Assembly: GCA_023402015.1 (NCBI GenBank)
Contig: JAEXCU010000011.1
Coordinates: 5,275-69,274, forward strand
DNA: 64,000 nt
Origin: Pseudomonadota bacterium
GTDB lineage: Bacteria; Pseudomonadota; Alphaproteobacteria; Rs-D84
Direction: 5' to 3'
Part shown: positions 9,515-19,791 of the stretch, piece after piece
How positions within the stretch are numbered: the stretch's first letter is position 1
Layout: the number at the start of each line of letters is the position of its first letter
The notes under the pieces: model-generated
What the model saw: the letters and a program-made list of their open reading frames with translations, nothing else
What the model was told of the DNA's origin: nothing
Databases searched by the model: none
Position numbers and translations under genes: made by a program

Positions 9515-9530
9515 AACTTTGCACCTTTTC

Positions 9531-11321
9531 TTAGACTTTTAATGCATTGATAAACGCGCTTTGCGGTATTTCTACATTGCCAAATGTGCGCATGCGCTTT
9601 TTACCTTCTTTTTGTTTTTCCAACAATTTGCGTTTACGCGTTATATCCCCGCCATAGCATTTGGACGTAACGTCTTTGCGAAATGCCGCAATGGTTTCAC
9701 GTGCAATAATTTTGCCGCCAATTGCCGCCTGCAAAGGAATTTTAAATTGATGACGTGGAATTAAATCTTTTAATTTTTCAACAATTTGACGACCACGTTT
9801 TTCTGCAAAAGACCGATGACACATAAACGATAACGGTTCCACATTTTCATCATTTACCAAAATGCAAACCTTGACCAAATCAGATGCCTGATACCCCTGG
9901 ACAACATAATCAAATGATGCGTATCCCGAAGACAATGATTTCACCCGGTCGTAAAAATCAAATACAATTTCTGCCAATGGTAATTGATAAACCAAAACCG
10001 CGCGATTGCCGACGTATGAAATATTTTCTTGGATACCGCGGCGTTCAGAACACAGTGCCATAATTCCGCCCATATATTTATCCGGCATCATAATTGTTGC
10101 GCGCACCCACGGTTCTTCAATCGTTGCAATTTTCGTCAGGTCTGGCATATCAGCGGGATTTTCCAAATCAATCACACTGCCATCACGCAGGTGTATTTTA
10201 TACAGCACACTGGGAACAGTGTTTATCAGGGTTAAATTAAATTCCCGGGCCAGGCGTTCGCTGATGATTTCCATATGCAGCAAACCCAAAAATCCGCAAC
10301 GCAATCCAAACCCCAGCGCAGATGATTTTTCCGTTGTGAACATAAATGATGCATCATTCAGCGCCAGTTTTTCTGCGCTGTCGCGCAGGGTTGGATAATC
10401 ATCGGCCTCTACTGGAAAGAACGAAGAAAAAACAACCGGAACAGATGGTTTAAACCCCGGCAATGGTTGTGCATCAGATGTGCGCGCATCTGTAATTGTA
10501 TCGCCAACCTTGCAATCGTGAATAGTTTTCATTCCTGTGATAATAAATCCGATTTCACCGGTCGCCAATTCATTACAATCAATCATTTTTGGCGTAAAGT
10601 ATCCGATTTTATCCACGGTATATTCAGCACCGGTTGCCAAGAATTTTATTTTTTGGCCGCGGGTTAATTTTCCATCCACCACGCGCACCAATATAACAAC
10701 GCCCAAATATGAATCATACCAAGAATCAATCAGCAACGCACGCGTTGGCGCATTTTCGTCGCCATGTGGACTGGGTAATTTGTGAACAATTTCTTCCAGT
10801 AATTCTGGCACACCTGCGCCCGTTTTGCCCGATACGCATTGCGCGTCCGCCGCATCCAGACCAATAACATCGGCAATTTGTTCGCGCGTGGCGGCAACAT
10901 CACTGGATGGCAAATCAATTTTGTTCAATACCGGCAACATTTCCAAATCGTTGTCCAGTGCCAAATACGCGTTGGCCAGTGTTTGGGCCTGGACCCCCTG
11001 GGTTGCATCAACCAAAACCAACGCACCTTCGCACGCAGCCAGACTGCGCGATACCTCGTACGAGAAATCAACATGCCCCGGTGTGTCCATTAAATTCAAT
11101 TGATAAACCTGGCCGTCTTTGGCGGTATAGTTTAAACGCACCGTTTGGGCCTTGATTGTGATACCACGTTCACGTTCAATATCCATAGAATCCAATATTT
11201 GCGCCTTCATTTCGCGCGATTGCAGGCCGCCGGTGTATTCAATTAATCTGTCCGACAGTGTGGATTTACCATGGTCAATATGTGCAACGATTGCAAAGTT
11301 TCGGATATTATGTTGGCTCAT
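9531..11321 (-). CDS. lepA: Elongation factor 4
   Basis: Start [22 protein letters not shown] at 11321. G motifs [21 protein letters not shown]. LepA C-terminal region is present. Confidence 0.95.
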   Translation of the reverse strand: MSQHNIRNFAIVAHIDHGKSTLSDRLIEYTGGLQSREMKAQILDSMDIERERGITIKAQTVRLNYTAKDGQVYQLNLMDTPGHVDFSYEVSRSLAACEGALVLVDATQGVQAQTLANAYLALDNDLEMLPVLNKIDLPSSDVAATREQIADVIGLDAADAQCVSGKTGAGVPELLEEIVHKLPSPHGDENAPTRALLIDSWYDSYLGVVILVRVVDGKLTRGQKIKFLATGAEYTVDKIGYFTPKMIDCNELATGEIGFIITGMKTIHDCKVGDTITDARTSDAQPLPGFKPSVPVVFSSFFPVEADDYPTLRDSAEKLALNDASFMFTTEKSSALGFGLRCGFLGLLHMEIISERLAREFNLTLINTVPSVLYKIHLRDGSVIDLENPADMPDLTKIATIEEPWVRATIMMPDKYMGGIMALCSERRGIQENISYVGNRAVLVYQLPLAEIVFDFYDRVKSLSSGYASFDYVVQGYQASDLVKVCILVNDENVEPLSFMCHRSFAEKRGRQIVEKLKDLIPRHQFKIPLQAAIGGKIIARETIAAFRKDVTSKCYGGDITRKRKLLEKQKEGKKRMRTFGNVEIPQSAFINALKV

Positions 11322-11452
11322 GTAAAAACACCTAATGTATGCGGCAATGATACACCAGTATATGCGTCCCCGCAAGGTGAAATTTACCAAATATGATTAT
11401 AAACAGGGCAAAAAAATTGCCCGGCGAGTTGCACGGGCGGACGATTAATAAT

Positions 11453-11809
11453 TTATTTTTCTGAAATTTCATCTAACAAAGAATCTATGCGCGATGCACG
11501 GTCCAATGTGTCGTCATATGAAAATTGAATTTCTGGGACATATTTTTGGTCCATTTTTGCGGCCAATTCATAACGCACTGTCTTGGTAATTTCATCCAAA
11601 CGATGCTGGACGACGGGAATATCAGTATTACGTGAATAATAAAATAAACGAACAAATTGCAACCCGCCGTGGGCAATGGCGCCCACCAGCGACACACCTG
11701 AAACAATTGTATCATCTGAATAATTATCACGTAAAATTTCCGCCACCAGTGTTTGAACCTTGGCTGCAATGCGTTCTGCGCGATTTGAATTTGTTTGCTT
11801 TTTCATCAT
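11453..11809 (-). CDS. rbfA: Ribosome-binding factor A
   Basis: 118 aa with typical RAERIAAKVQTLVAEILR and PEIQFSYDDTLDRASRIDSLL. Confidence 0.85.
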   Translation of the reverse strand: MMKKQTNSNRAERIAAKVQTLVAEILRDNYSDDTIVSGVSLVGAIAHGGLQFVRLFYYSRNTDIPVVQHRLDEITKTVRYELAAKMDQKYVPEIQFSYDDTLDRASRIDSLLDEISEK

Positions 11810-11895
11810 TTTTTATCCCTGAAATATATAATGATTGTAAAGTAGTAAATATTAAATTACAATCAAGTAAATTTTTTTAAACATAGGAATCTGGC

Positions 11896-12468
11896 ATGAA
11901 GTTTGCCGAATATATACTTAAAAAGGCGCAGCATCCTGCGTATTCATGGATTGTATTCATATTAACGGTTTGTGAATCTATATTTTTGTTCATCCCGCCC
12001 GAGGTTTTTATGACACCACCCATTATCGCGGATAAAAAGCGCGCGGTTCCAATAACTGTTGCGGCATCACTGGGGTCAATTGTGGGCGGTATTATCGCAT
12101 ACATGATTGGACTGTGGTTGTTTGATTCGGTTGGCATGTGGCTGATTAATAATTTTGCCAGCATGGAAAAGTTTCAAATGGCCCAGGATTTATTTATAAA
12201 ACACGGGGTATTTATTATTGTACTGACAGCCGTAACGCCCATTCCATATAAATTAATGGCGATATGCGCGGGATTTATGGGATTCCCGGCGGCATTGTTT
12301 ATCGGGGTTTCGGCGATATTCCGCACGGGCCGCTTTGCCACGGTGGCAACATTGCTGTATTTCTTTCAGGAACGCGCAAACGCAATTGTAAAAAAATATT
12401 TCTGGCCATTGACGTTGGTTGCAATAATTGTGGCCGGCCTGGGTATTGGATTAATGCTGATGCTGTGA
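11896..12468 (+). CDS. DedA/YqaA-family inner-membrane protein
   Basis: 190 aa with 4-5 hydrophobic helices and a YqaA-like N-terminus (FILTVCESIFLFIPPEV). Confidence 0.7.
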   Translation: MKFAEYILKKAQHPAYSWIVFILTVCESIFLFIPPEVFMTPPIIADKKRAVPITVAASLGSIVGGIIAYMIGLWLFDSVGMWLINNFASMEKFQMAQDLFIKHGVFIIVLTAVTPIPYKLMAICAGFMGFPAALFIGVSAIFRTGRFATVATLLYFFQERANAIVKKYFWPLTLVAIIVAGLGIGLMLML

Positions 12469-12518
12469 TATTAAATCAAACAATTTGTGCAAATAATTTT
12501 ATTTAAAACACATATCCC

Positions 12519-12545
12519 AAAACCATCAATGAAATTGGTGGTTTT
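12519..12545 (+). terminator. Terminator after the DedA-family gene
   Basis: AAAACCATCAAT-GAA-ATTGGTGGTTTT followed by a T-rich run. Confidence 0.6.
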
Positions 12546-12899
12546 ATTTATTGGCGATGTCGCATGGGCCCGCTATATTTACGTGTGTGTAAATTAACGG
12601 GAATCAAGTTAATAAAAAACAACCCGCACGGATTTGTATGGTAAAGATGGCTGGATTACGAACAGGCCAACGCATTTCACATAATATTTATGAATTTGTT
12701 ATTCCTGCGCCCTGGTGCCCCATACAAACGCGTGTTTATACGGGATGACCGCGCCAGAAACACGGTCTTTAAAAATTATATTACCCAACCCCCTGCCCGG
12801 GCACGATTAATCAGAAAGAAACATGAATGACAAACGGGATTAAGTTTGAAACAGTTGCGAAAAACATTCCCCTGCCCGAAATTTTATTAATGATAAACA

Positions 12900-12930
12900 G
12901 AGAAACAGCGGTCATTGACCGCTGTTTCTC
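12900..12930 (-). terminator. Perfect 15-bp hairpin downstream of fibre gene F1
   Basis: GAGAAACAGCGGTCA-T-TGACCGCTGTTTCTC. The T-run is weak. Confidence 0.45.
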
Positions 12931-12993
12931 TCTCTCCTCTATGTGGGGGGCCATGTGGGATGCCGCCCCGTCCCATCCTCCCTCGCGGGAAAC

Positions 12994-14076
12994 TTATTCA
13001 ACCCAAATTGTGGCGTACGTTGTTCCGGTTGCAGAACCCACCGGAATTTGTACATTACCCTTTGTAACGGCAACCTTGCCGTCCGTCTGGGAAACCGCTG
13101 TTACAACGGCGCCGGTACCGGTACTGGTGCTGTCCAGTGCATTAATCTGGGCCTTGGTTGCATATGTCGCCGCCGCATTGGTTTTTGTTTCCATATCTGC
13201 GATTGCGGATTTTGTTGCGTACGTGGACACAATGTTATTACCACTGGCGTCGGCCGTTGCCTTGGCCGCCGTGCCGGTTGTGCTTAATTTGCCGTCCAAT
13301 GCCGCACTGACAACTTTGTTCTGAACAGGATTCGTGCTGGTGCCACTTAATGCAGTATCCACAGTTATCGCAGCCGGGATTGTAGGCTTATCAGACAAAT
13401 CGTCATATGAACCAGATGTCGCCACCGTGGCCAGACCGGAAACTTTGCCACTGGGGATTGTGGGAATATCGGTCGCTGTTAATGCGGCACTGCCCGTGAC
13501 CAATCCCTTGGTATCATATGTAATTTTTGTTCCCGTTCCCGCTGTAATTGCAGCGTTGGCCACAACCTTGGAATTTGCCGCAGTTTGTGCGGCATCCGCA
13601 GCGGCCTGGGCATCATCTGCGGCACTTTGCGCCGCCGCGGCCGCGGCCGTATTGGATGCGATTGTTGCCGCATAACCATCATAAGTTGTTATCTTTGCCG
13701 CCGTTATTCCAGAATTTGCCGCCGCCAATTGTGCCGTGGTCAAAGAGGCCTGTTTACCCGCCAGGGCGGTATTTATTACCTTGTTCTGGACTGGGTTTGT
13801 ACTGGTCGCACTTAACGCGAAATCAACCGTTATTGCGGCTGGAATTGTGGGTTTGTCCGTCAGATTATTGTATGAACCGGTCGTTGCAACGGTTGCCAAA
13901 TCACCGGGTTGAACCGCCGAGTCCGCGGTCGCCTTGACCTGATTCAATGCCGCAGTTGTCGCCAAAGACTTAACAACGGTATCAACATAGGCCTTGGAGG
14001 ATATATCGGCATTCGCCGCACCCGCAACCAAAATTGCAACCAAAGATACTGTAAAAATACTTGTTATTTTTTTCAT
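12994..14076 (-). CDS. Secreted Ala/Thr-rich fibre protein F1 with phage-tail-fibre-like repeats
   Basis: 360 aa with signal MKKITSIFTVSLVAILVAGAANA and then DISSKAYVDT. An internal duplication carries ATVAT[TS]GSY[ND][ND]L[TS]DKPTIPAAITVD.ALS.TSTNPVQNKV. No TM anchor. Confidence 0.8.
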   Translation of the reverse strand: MKKITSIFTVSLVAILVAGAANADISSKAYVDTVVKSLATTAALNQVKATADSAVQPGDLATVATTGSYNNLTDKPTIPAAITVDFALSATSTNPVQNKVINTALAGKQASLTTAQLAAANSGITAAKITTYDGYAATIASNTAAAAAAQSAADDAQAAADAAQTAANSKVVANAAITAGTGTKITYDTKGLVTGSAALTATDIPTIPSGKVSGLATVATSGSYDDLSDKPTIPAAITVDTALSGTSTNPVQNKVVSAALDGKLSTTGTAAKATADASGNNIVSTYATKSAIADMETKTNAAATYATKAQINALDSTSTGTGAVVTAVSQTDGKVAVTKGNVQIPVGSATGTTYATIWVE

Positions 14077-14191
14077 GACTGATTTTATTTAATTATATTA
14101 CCACACTCTGTTTACTTTATACTATCCGCGGCGCAAAGTTCTGATTGGTATGGTTCGGTTCCACGAACCATACCATTATCAGATTGAACAA

Positions 14192-15328
14192 TTATCTTTG
14201 TACAACTTCCCATTCAAATGTGGTTCCGTTTGTTGTCAGAACACATTTTGCATCAACTGCTGAACATGCTGTCTGCGGTTTTGGAATGGCCTTGCCAGCC
14301 GTTGTGTTCGCGGTATCTGCCGTTGCCTGGGCCGCATCTGCTGCATCTTGGGCATTGTCTGCCGCGGTTTGTGCAGTTGCCGCCGCCGCTGTGTTGGATG
14401 CGATTGTTGCCGCATAACCATCATATGTTGTTACCTTGGCCGCTGTGATGCCGGAATCTGCCGCCGCCAATTGTGCCGTGGTCAGAGTATCCTGTTTGCC
14501 ATCCAAACCATCGCTCAATGCAGTTTTTGTTGCATATGTTGCCGCTGCATTAGTTTTTGTTTCCATATCTGCAATTGCGGTTTTGGTTGCATATGTTGCG
14601 GTGGCATTTGCTTTGGTTTCATATGTTGTTGCAACATCAGCACTCTTGGCATAATCGTCCAGGTCAGCTGCCTGTAATGCTGTATCTGCTTTGGCACCCT
14701 GGGCCGCGGTTGCGAAATCCGCCGCGTCATGTGTTACAACGTCGCCATATGTTGCAACTGTTGCCGCTGTGCCCTTGGCCGTTGCGTTAACTTCGTTGAT
14801 TGCAGCAACCGTGTTTCCTTTGGCTGTTGTTGTCAATGTGGACAAAGTACCAATGTTTGTTAATGCCGCCGATGCATTTGTGGATGCAGTGTTTGCGACA
14901 CCTTCTGTTGACTTGACAGCATATGCTGCGTCGGCCGCTGTTTTTGTCTGATACGCATCCAAATCTGCGGATTGCAATGCGCTGTCGGCTTTACCCAAAG
15001 ATGTTACGATATCGTCGGCCAATTTTGCCTTGGTTACGTTTTTATCTGTAATCTGTGCGGTTCCAACGGCATCCAATTCTGCCAATGCGCCCAAATCTGC
15101 TGTGTTTGCCTTGGCCTCCAAACCGGTTGTTAATTCAGTTTTGGTTGCAGCGTCTGTAATGCCATATCCAGCCAATGTTGTTGCTTTGTCGGCTTTGCCC
15201 GCGATGGTTGTATTTTGTGTTGTATTCTGCGTGTCAACGTATGCCTTGGACGCGATTTCCGCGTTCGCCGCACCAACACCGACCACGGTCAGTAAAGTTG
15301 CAAAGATACCTGCTGTTAATTTTTTCAT
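14192..15328 (-). CDS. Secreted Ala/Thr-rich fibre protein F2
   Basis: 378 aa with signal ...VGAANA/EIASKAYVDT, motif KADKATTLAGYGITDA, and C-terminal tip IPKPQTACSAVDAKCVLTTNGTTFEWEVV. Confidence 0.8.
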   Translation of the reverse strand: MKKLTAGIFATLLTVVGVGAANAEIASKAYVDTQNTTQNTTIAGKADKATTLAGYGITDAATKTELTTGLEAKANTADLGALAELDAVGTAQITDKNVTKAKLADDIVTSLGKADSALQSADLDAYQTKTAADAAYAVKSTEGVANTASTNASAALTNIGTLSTLTTTAKGNTVAAINEVNATAKGTAATVATYGDVVTHDAADFATAAQGAKADTALQAADLDDYAKSADVATTYETKANATATYATKTAIADMETKTNAAATYATKTALSDGLDGKQDTLTTAQLAAADSGITAAKVTTYDGYAATIASNTAAAATAQTAADNAQDAADAAQATADTANTTAGKAIPKPQTACSAVDAKCVLTTNGTTFEWEVVQR

Positions 15329-15373
15329 TGTTTTTTCCTTTCTTTCGTTTGGTTAGTTTTTTTTGTTAAATTC

Positions 15374-16309
15374 TTATTTTACCGGATTTGTTACCTCTAC
15401 CCATTCCAATGCGCCACTGGTGTTAACAGATAATACGCATGTTCCAGATGCAGCGGTGCAATTTGTGGACGGTTTTGGAATTGCATAATCTTCAATTTGT
15501 TCAACCGTTTCCGTTTTGGTGTATGCATCCGTAATGCCATATCCGGCCAAAGTTGTTGCTTTGTCTGCTTTGCCCGCAACGGTGGTTTCCATTGTGGTAA
15601 TTTTGTTGTTCATTTCTTCAAAATTACCTTCGGTCGCCATACCGTCTGTTTTGGTTTTCAATTCATTAACAGCCGCGACGATTGTCTGTGCAGTTGTTGT
15701 CAATGTACCCGTACCAACTGTACCCTGCAATGTGTCAATTTCACCTTCGGCGGTGGAAACGCGCGATGTCAACGCGGTTAAATCTGTTTGTGATGCCTTG
15801 GTTGCCAAACCATCAGTCGTGCTGTTAACTTTGCCGGCCAATGTATCAACATCACCCTGGGCGGCGGCGGCGGCATTTCCTGCGGCGACGGCTTTGTCAT
15901 CCGCGGCCTTGGCGGCGGCGGCGGCGTCTGCGACACCTTTGACCAATCCAGACGTTTCATCGCCAACAACTGTTTCCAACGCATCAACGTCTTTCTGGGC
16001 GTTTTCGGCCGCGTTTTTTGCAGCGGCGGCGTCTGTGGCGGCCTGGTCAGCCTTGGCGGAAATACCCGTTTCGGCATTATTTAACGTATCATCTAAATCT
16101 GTAATTTGTTTGGTTATGTTGGTGATATTTGTTGTAATACCTTCAACCGTTGACTGGGTGGCATACGTATCACCAACCGTTGTCATAATGGCTGTTTCTT
16201 TGTCATCAACATACTGTTTGCTGGCAATCTGTGTGGTCGCCGCGTTTGCACCGGCACTTAACATAATTGCAGCCATAGCACCCGAGAAAGCAATTTTTTT
16301 GTTTTTCAT
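15374..16309 (-). CDS. Secreted Ala/Thr-rich fibre protein F3
   Basis: 311 aa with signal ...SAGANA/ATTQIASKQYVDD, coiled-coil-like heptad-rich middle, KADKATTLAGYGITDAYTKTE, and tip IPKPSTNCTAASGTCVLSVNTSGALEWVEV. Confidence 0.8.
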   Translation of the reverse strand: MKNKKIAFSGAMAAIMLSAGANAATTQIASKQYVDDKETAIMTTVGDTYATQSTVEGITTNITNITKQITDLDDTLNNAETGISAKADQAATDAAAAKNAAENAQKDVDALETVVGDETSGLVKGVADAAAAAKAADDKAVAAGNAAAAAQGDVDTLAGKVNSTTDGLATKASQTDLTALTSRVSTAEGEIDTLQGTVGTGTLTTTAQTIVAAVNELKTKTDGMATEGNFEEMNNKITTMETTVAGKADKATTLAGYGITDAYTKTETVEQIEDYAIPKPSTNCTAASGTCVLSVNTSGALEWVEVTNPVK

Positions 16310-16389
16310 CTTTTACCTTATCCCCAGAATCAGAAATTGCAGGACCATAACTTGTTTCCAAATCCGTCCATAAATCACGTCATCCTTGT

Positions 16390-18354
16390 TTAATAAACCA
16401 CTTCAAACCATGCCTTTTCGCCATTTGAAACGGCCAGAACATGGTCCCCCGTACGTGGCGCATCAGACGTGCTTACGGCCTGGTCCGCCTTGGTCAAAGA
16501 TGCCTGAACATCTGTGGCCAGTTTTGTTTTTGCGATTGCCGCGTCATCGGCAACATCCGCATTTACAATTGCACTTTTGGTTGCCAAGGTACCCAGACTG
16601 GATTTATCTGCCTTGGTTGCCAATTGTTCATTGACATATGTTGTGTCGGCCTTGGTTGCCAGTACGGTTTCAACGCCTTCCAGGCCGCCAACGGTTATGT
16701 CTTCTAATTTTTTATCAATTTGTGTGGTGGTATACGCATCTGTAATACCATATCCGGCCAATGTGGTTGCCTTGTCCGCCTTGGCCGCAACCGCAGTTGC
16801 CGCATTATCAGCCGCCGTTTTGGCCGCAGTCGCATTTGTATTTGCAGTGGTTGCCAATTCTTTGGCCTCGCCCGCGGCAGTATTCGCAGCCGTTGCATTT
16901 GTATTCGCCGTTGTTGCCAGCGTCTTGGCCTCGCCCGCGGCAGTATTTGCCGCGTTCGCAGTAGAATTTGCAGCGCTGGCCGTGCTTAGCGCACTGGCCG
17001 CCGCCGTTGCGGCATCACCGGCCAAATCATTGATTTCGCCAATTTCTGTATTAATGGCATCAACGCGTCCGGCCAACGTATTAACCGTTGTGTTATCTGC
17101 CTTGGCCGCCAAATCTGTTGTTGTCGCATATCCCGCCAATTGTGATTTGTCTGCCTTTAATTCCAACGCCGAATTTACATCTGCGGTTTTTGCATATGCC
17201 TTTAACGCTTCGCCCATATCACCGGCAACAACGTCGGCAACTTTTTCATCAACCTGGCCCTTGGTGTAAACATCCGCCACATTGGCCTTGGTTTCCAATT
17301 CTGCCTTGGTCGCCAATGTCGTTAATTCGGTTTTGTCTGCTTTGCCCGCCAAATCGGTCGTGGTCGCCATATCCGCGATATCAACCTTGGTTGCATATCC
17401 GGTCAACGCCCCTGGCTGTAATGCCGTTTCCGCCAACGCCCCCTGGGCCGCGGTCGCATAATTCGCGGACGCCGTCGCAATCGCAGACGCAATCGCCGTA
17501 TTCATTGCAGCGGTCGTCGCATATGACGCGGCAATATCCGCCGTTTTTGCATATTCGCTTAAATCAATACTGGCCGCATCACCGGGTTCACCCTTGTCCC
17601 CTTTTTCACCCTTTTCACCCTGGGGACCCTGGGGACCTGTGATATCATTCTTAGAAATCAAAACATTCCATGTTGTATCGCCAACATAACGCCATAATAA
17701 ATTGTCATCGTTTGAACCGATTTCAACTTCACGACCGTCTTTGCCGGCAACAGTATTTAATTCATCTTTTAAATTTTCAACATCAACGTAAATTTCATTG
17801 GTTGTGTCATCAATAATAATGTACCCATCCGCAGTCGTGTTTAACAAATCCTGCTTTTCCAGCAATTTATCCGAAAACGCAATATCGGCATCTTGCAATT
17901 TATCAACATCACGACGAACCTGATCCACCTGGGATTGCAAATCTGCGGCCGTACCCGGATCCATAGAACCACCACCGGTTGAACCACTGGATGAATTGCC
18001 CGGCCCCTGGGGTTTAATAGAACTGCCACCACTGATTGATGTTCCGCCACCCAAATATTTTCCGATTGATAAACGCGGTGTTGTCGCCACGCGACCGGAC
18101 GTTGTTGTCCCAGCAGAAGGCTTGGCAACCGTTCCGGTTTTACCGGTTGTTGGCGTGACGCGCACAGAACCACCGCGCGCCGCAGCAATCGCATTAGAAC
18201 CAGACGATGTGTTTGCCGCCGCCGCGCTGGATGCGCTGTTATAGGTTCCACTGCCCCCCAGCGACCGAACCGACGAAGCACCATATGCACCAGATACGGT
18301 CGTGCACAGCACACAAACCATTGCCAACGTTGATATTTTCAGTTCGTTTTTCAT
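16390..18354 (-). CDS. Secreted fibre protein F4 with a collagen-like G-X-Y run
   Basis: 654 aa with a signal-like N-terminus and a Gly/Ser-rich linker. GPQGPQGEKGEKGDKGEPG, KADKATTLAGYGITDAYTTTQ, and long Ala/Thr repeats (ANTAAGEAK.LATTANTNATAA x2). Confidence 0.8.
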   Translation of the reverse strand: MKNELKISTLAMVCVLCTTVSGAYGASSVRSLGGSGTYNSASSAAAANTSSGSNAIAAARGGSVRVTPTTGKTGTVAKPSAGTTTSGRVATTPRLSIGKYLGGGTSISGGSSIKPQGPGNSSSGSTGGGSMDPGTAADLQSQVDQVRRDVDKLQDADIAFSDKLLEKQDLLNTTADGYIIIDDTTNEIYVDVENLKDELNTVAGKDGREVEIGSNDDNLLWRYVGDTTWNVLISKNDITGPQGPQGEKGEKGDKGEPGDAASIDLSEYAKTADIAASYATTAAMNTAIASAIATASANYATAAQGALAETALQPGALTGYATKVDIADMATTTDLAGKADKTELTTLATKAELETKANVADVYTKGQVDEKVADVVAGDMGEALKAYAKTADVNSALELKADKSQLAGYATTTDLAAKADNTTVNTLAGRVDAINTEIGEINDLAGDAATAAASALSTASAANSTANAANTAAGEAKTLATTANTNATAANTAAGEAKELATTANTNATAAKTAADNAATAVAAKADKATTLAGYGITDAYTTTQIDKKLEDITVGGLEGVETVLATKADTTYVNEQLATKADKSSLGTLATKSAIVNADVADDAAIAKTKLATDVQASLTKADQAVSTSDAPRTGDHVLAVSNGEKAWFEVVY

Positions 18355-18418
18355 AAAATCTCTCTACCTAGTAAGATAATATCACATTTGTGCGAATCGG
18401 GTCAACTATTTTCCCAGA

Positions 18419-19135
18419 CTAAAATTCATATCTCAGCCCGACAGATATGGAATTGTCCAGAATCAGGCCGATTTTATTTTCCAAATAGTACTGGTTATTG
18501 TCATATGTTTCAAAATGACGCGTCTGTTTTGTTCCACTGAAACCGGCGAAACGATACCGCAAATCCAATACCAGATTATCATCCAATTTTGTTGTATAAC
18601 CCAGCATTACGCCCGCCATCGGTGATACAGATGTTTTTGTTCTGTCGCCTGGGATAAAGAAATTTCCGTCCAATTGCGTAATTGGTATCGCCATACCAAC
18701 ACCGGCACCAACATACAAACCATTTGTAAAGTCATAATAACCATTTGCCATTACATATGGCGCAGACAATTTAAATTCTGTTCCTGCATCTTTATCACTG
18801 AATTGTCCGATATATCCAGCCTCTAATTCACCGCGCCAGAAATATCCGAAATGACGTCCCGCCGACAATGATCCAGTGAACACAGGTTCAAAAGAATATT
18901 TATCGTCATCAAAATCCGCGTTTGCCAACGGCCAATCAGATTTATATTTATTTTTCCAATTCAGGAAACTGGCCTCCACGCGACCGACAACATACCAACC
19001 GGTTTTTGCCTTGTCTGTATAATCATATGTAATGTTATATCCGCCACGATTATCGCGTTGAATATAACTGGGGGCCGCATGCGCCGCACCAGTGGTCAAG
19101 CCGACCAAAACAAATAAAGAAACCAATTTTTTCAT
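18419..19135 (-). CDS. Small outer-membrane beta-barrel protein (OmpX/Opa-like porin-family fold)
   Basis: 238 aa with signal ...GAAHA/AP, alternating amphipathic strands, and the C-terminal aromatic signature GLRYEF. Confidence 0.75.
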   Translation of the reverse strand: MKKLVSLFVLVGLTTGAAHAAPSYIQRDNRGGYNITYDYTDKAKTGWYVVGRVEASFLNWKNKYKSDWPLANADFDDDKYSFEPVFTGSLSAGRHFGYFWRGELEAGYIGQFSDKDAGTEFKLSAPYVMANGYYDFTNGLYVGAGVGMAIPITQLDGNFFIPGDRTKTSVSPMAGVMLGYTTKLDDNLVLDLRYRFAGFSGTKQTRHFETYDNNQYYLENKIGLILDNSISVGLRYEF

Positions 19136-19272
19136 GATTATCCTTCCTCCAAATTTTTTCCTAAGTATATCACAATTTCAGACCTTATCCAAAACATAAA
19201 ATATGCTGTTGACTTCTTTTCTGTTATTTTGCTACATTTTTTATAACACTATTAAGTAGGAAAGGATTAAAA

Positions 19273-19674
19273 ATGAAAAAAATTTTATCAGTTATCGCAT
19301 TGTTGGGACTGGCCGCGTGTTGCGGAACGCCGGATAAAATTAACGGCGACCAGGTTTACTTTGCGTTTGATTCTGCGGCAATTACGCCATCTGCACGTCA
19401 AGATTTGGAACAACAGGCATTGTTCTTGAAAAAAAATCCAAATGTAGAGATTGTATTACAGGGCCATTGCGACGAACGTGGTTCCACAGAATATAATTTG
19501 GCATTGGGTGCATTGCGTGCCGGAAACGCGGCCCACGTTTTAATCAAAGACGGTATTGAACCAGACAGAATTAAAACAATTTCGTATGGCAAAGAAAATC
19601 CGCAGTACCCAGGTACAGGCGAAGAAATCTGGGCCAAAAACAGAAATGTAACGACCAAAGTTATTGATGAATAA
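19273..19674 (+). CDS. pal: Peptidoglycan-associated lipoprotein
   Basis: Lipobox LGLAAC. OmpA-C domain: VYFAFDSAAI, QGHCDERGSTEYNLALGALRA. Confidence 0.9.
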   Translation: MKKILSVIALLGLAACCGTPDKINGDQVYFAFDSAAITPSARQDLEQQALFLKKNPNVEIVLQGHCDERGSTEYNLALGALRAGNAAHVLIKDGIEPDRIKTISYGKENPQYPGTGEEIWAKNRNVTTKVIDE

Positions 19675-19697
19675 AAATCGCCCATTTGGGCGATTTT
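19675..19697 (+). terminator. pal terminator
   Basis: AAATCGCCCA-TTT-GGGCGATTTTTT. Confidence 0.7.
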
Positions 19698-19791
19698 TTA
19701 TTTGGTTATTTTTTATCAAAAAGCCAAATATTATCACCGAGCAAATTTATAAAAAACTTTCGGTTTGACGGAAAAATCTTTTTTTACTACT

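Noticed and set aside
15516-16373. Long antisense ORFs across the fibre genes (e.g. 15516-16373 +, 16514-17269 +, 12827-13324 +, 14691-14951 +).
   Set aside because: They mirror GCN-rich Ala codons on the opposite strand. They give low-complexity A/V/S-rich peptides and have no RBS or signal. The minus-strand ORFs have signal peptides, conserved motifs and paralogy.
12994-18354. Prophage tail module or diversity-generating retroelement target.
   Set aside because: There is no reverse transcriptase, template repeat, baseplate, tape-measure or capsid gene in the window, and all four proteins have Sec-type signal peptides.
19136-19272. Divergent promoters between the OM beta-barrel gene and pal (TTGACT-18-TACATT).
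   Set aside because: The spacer and the -10 element are too poor to report as a feature with any confidence.
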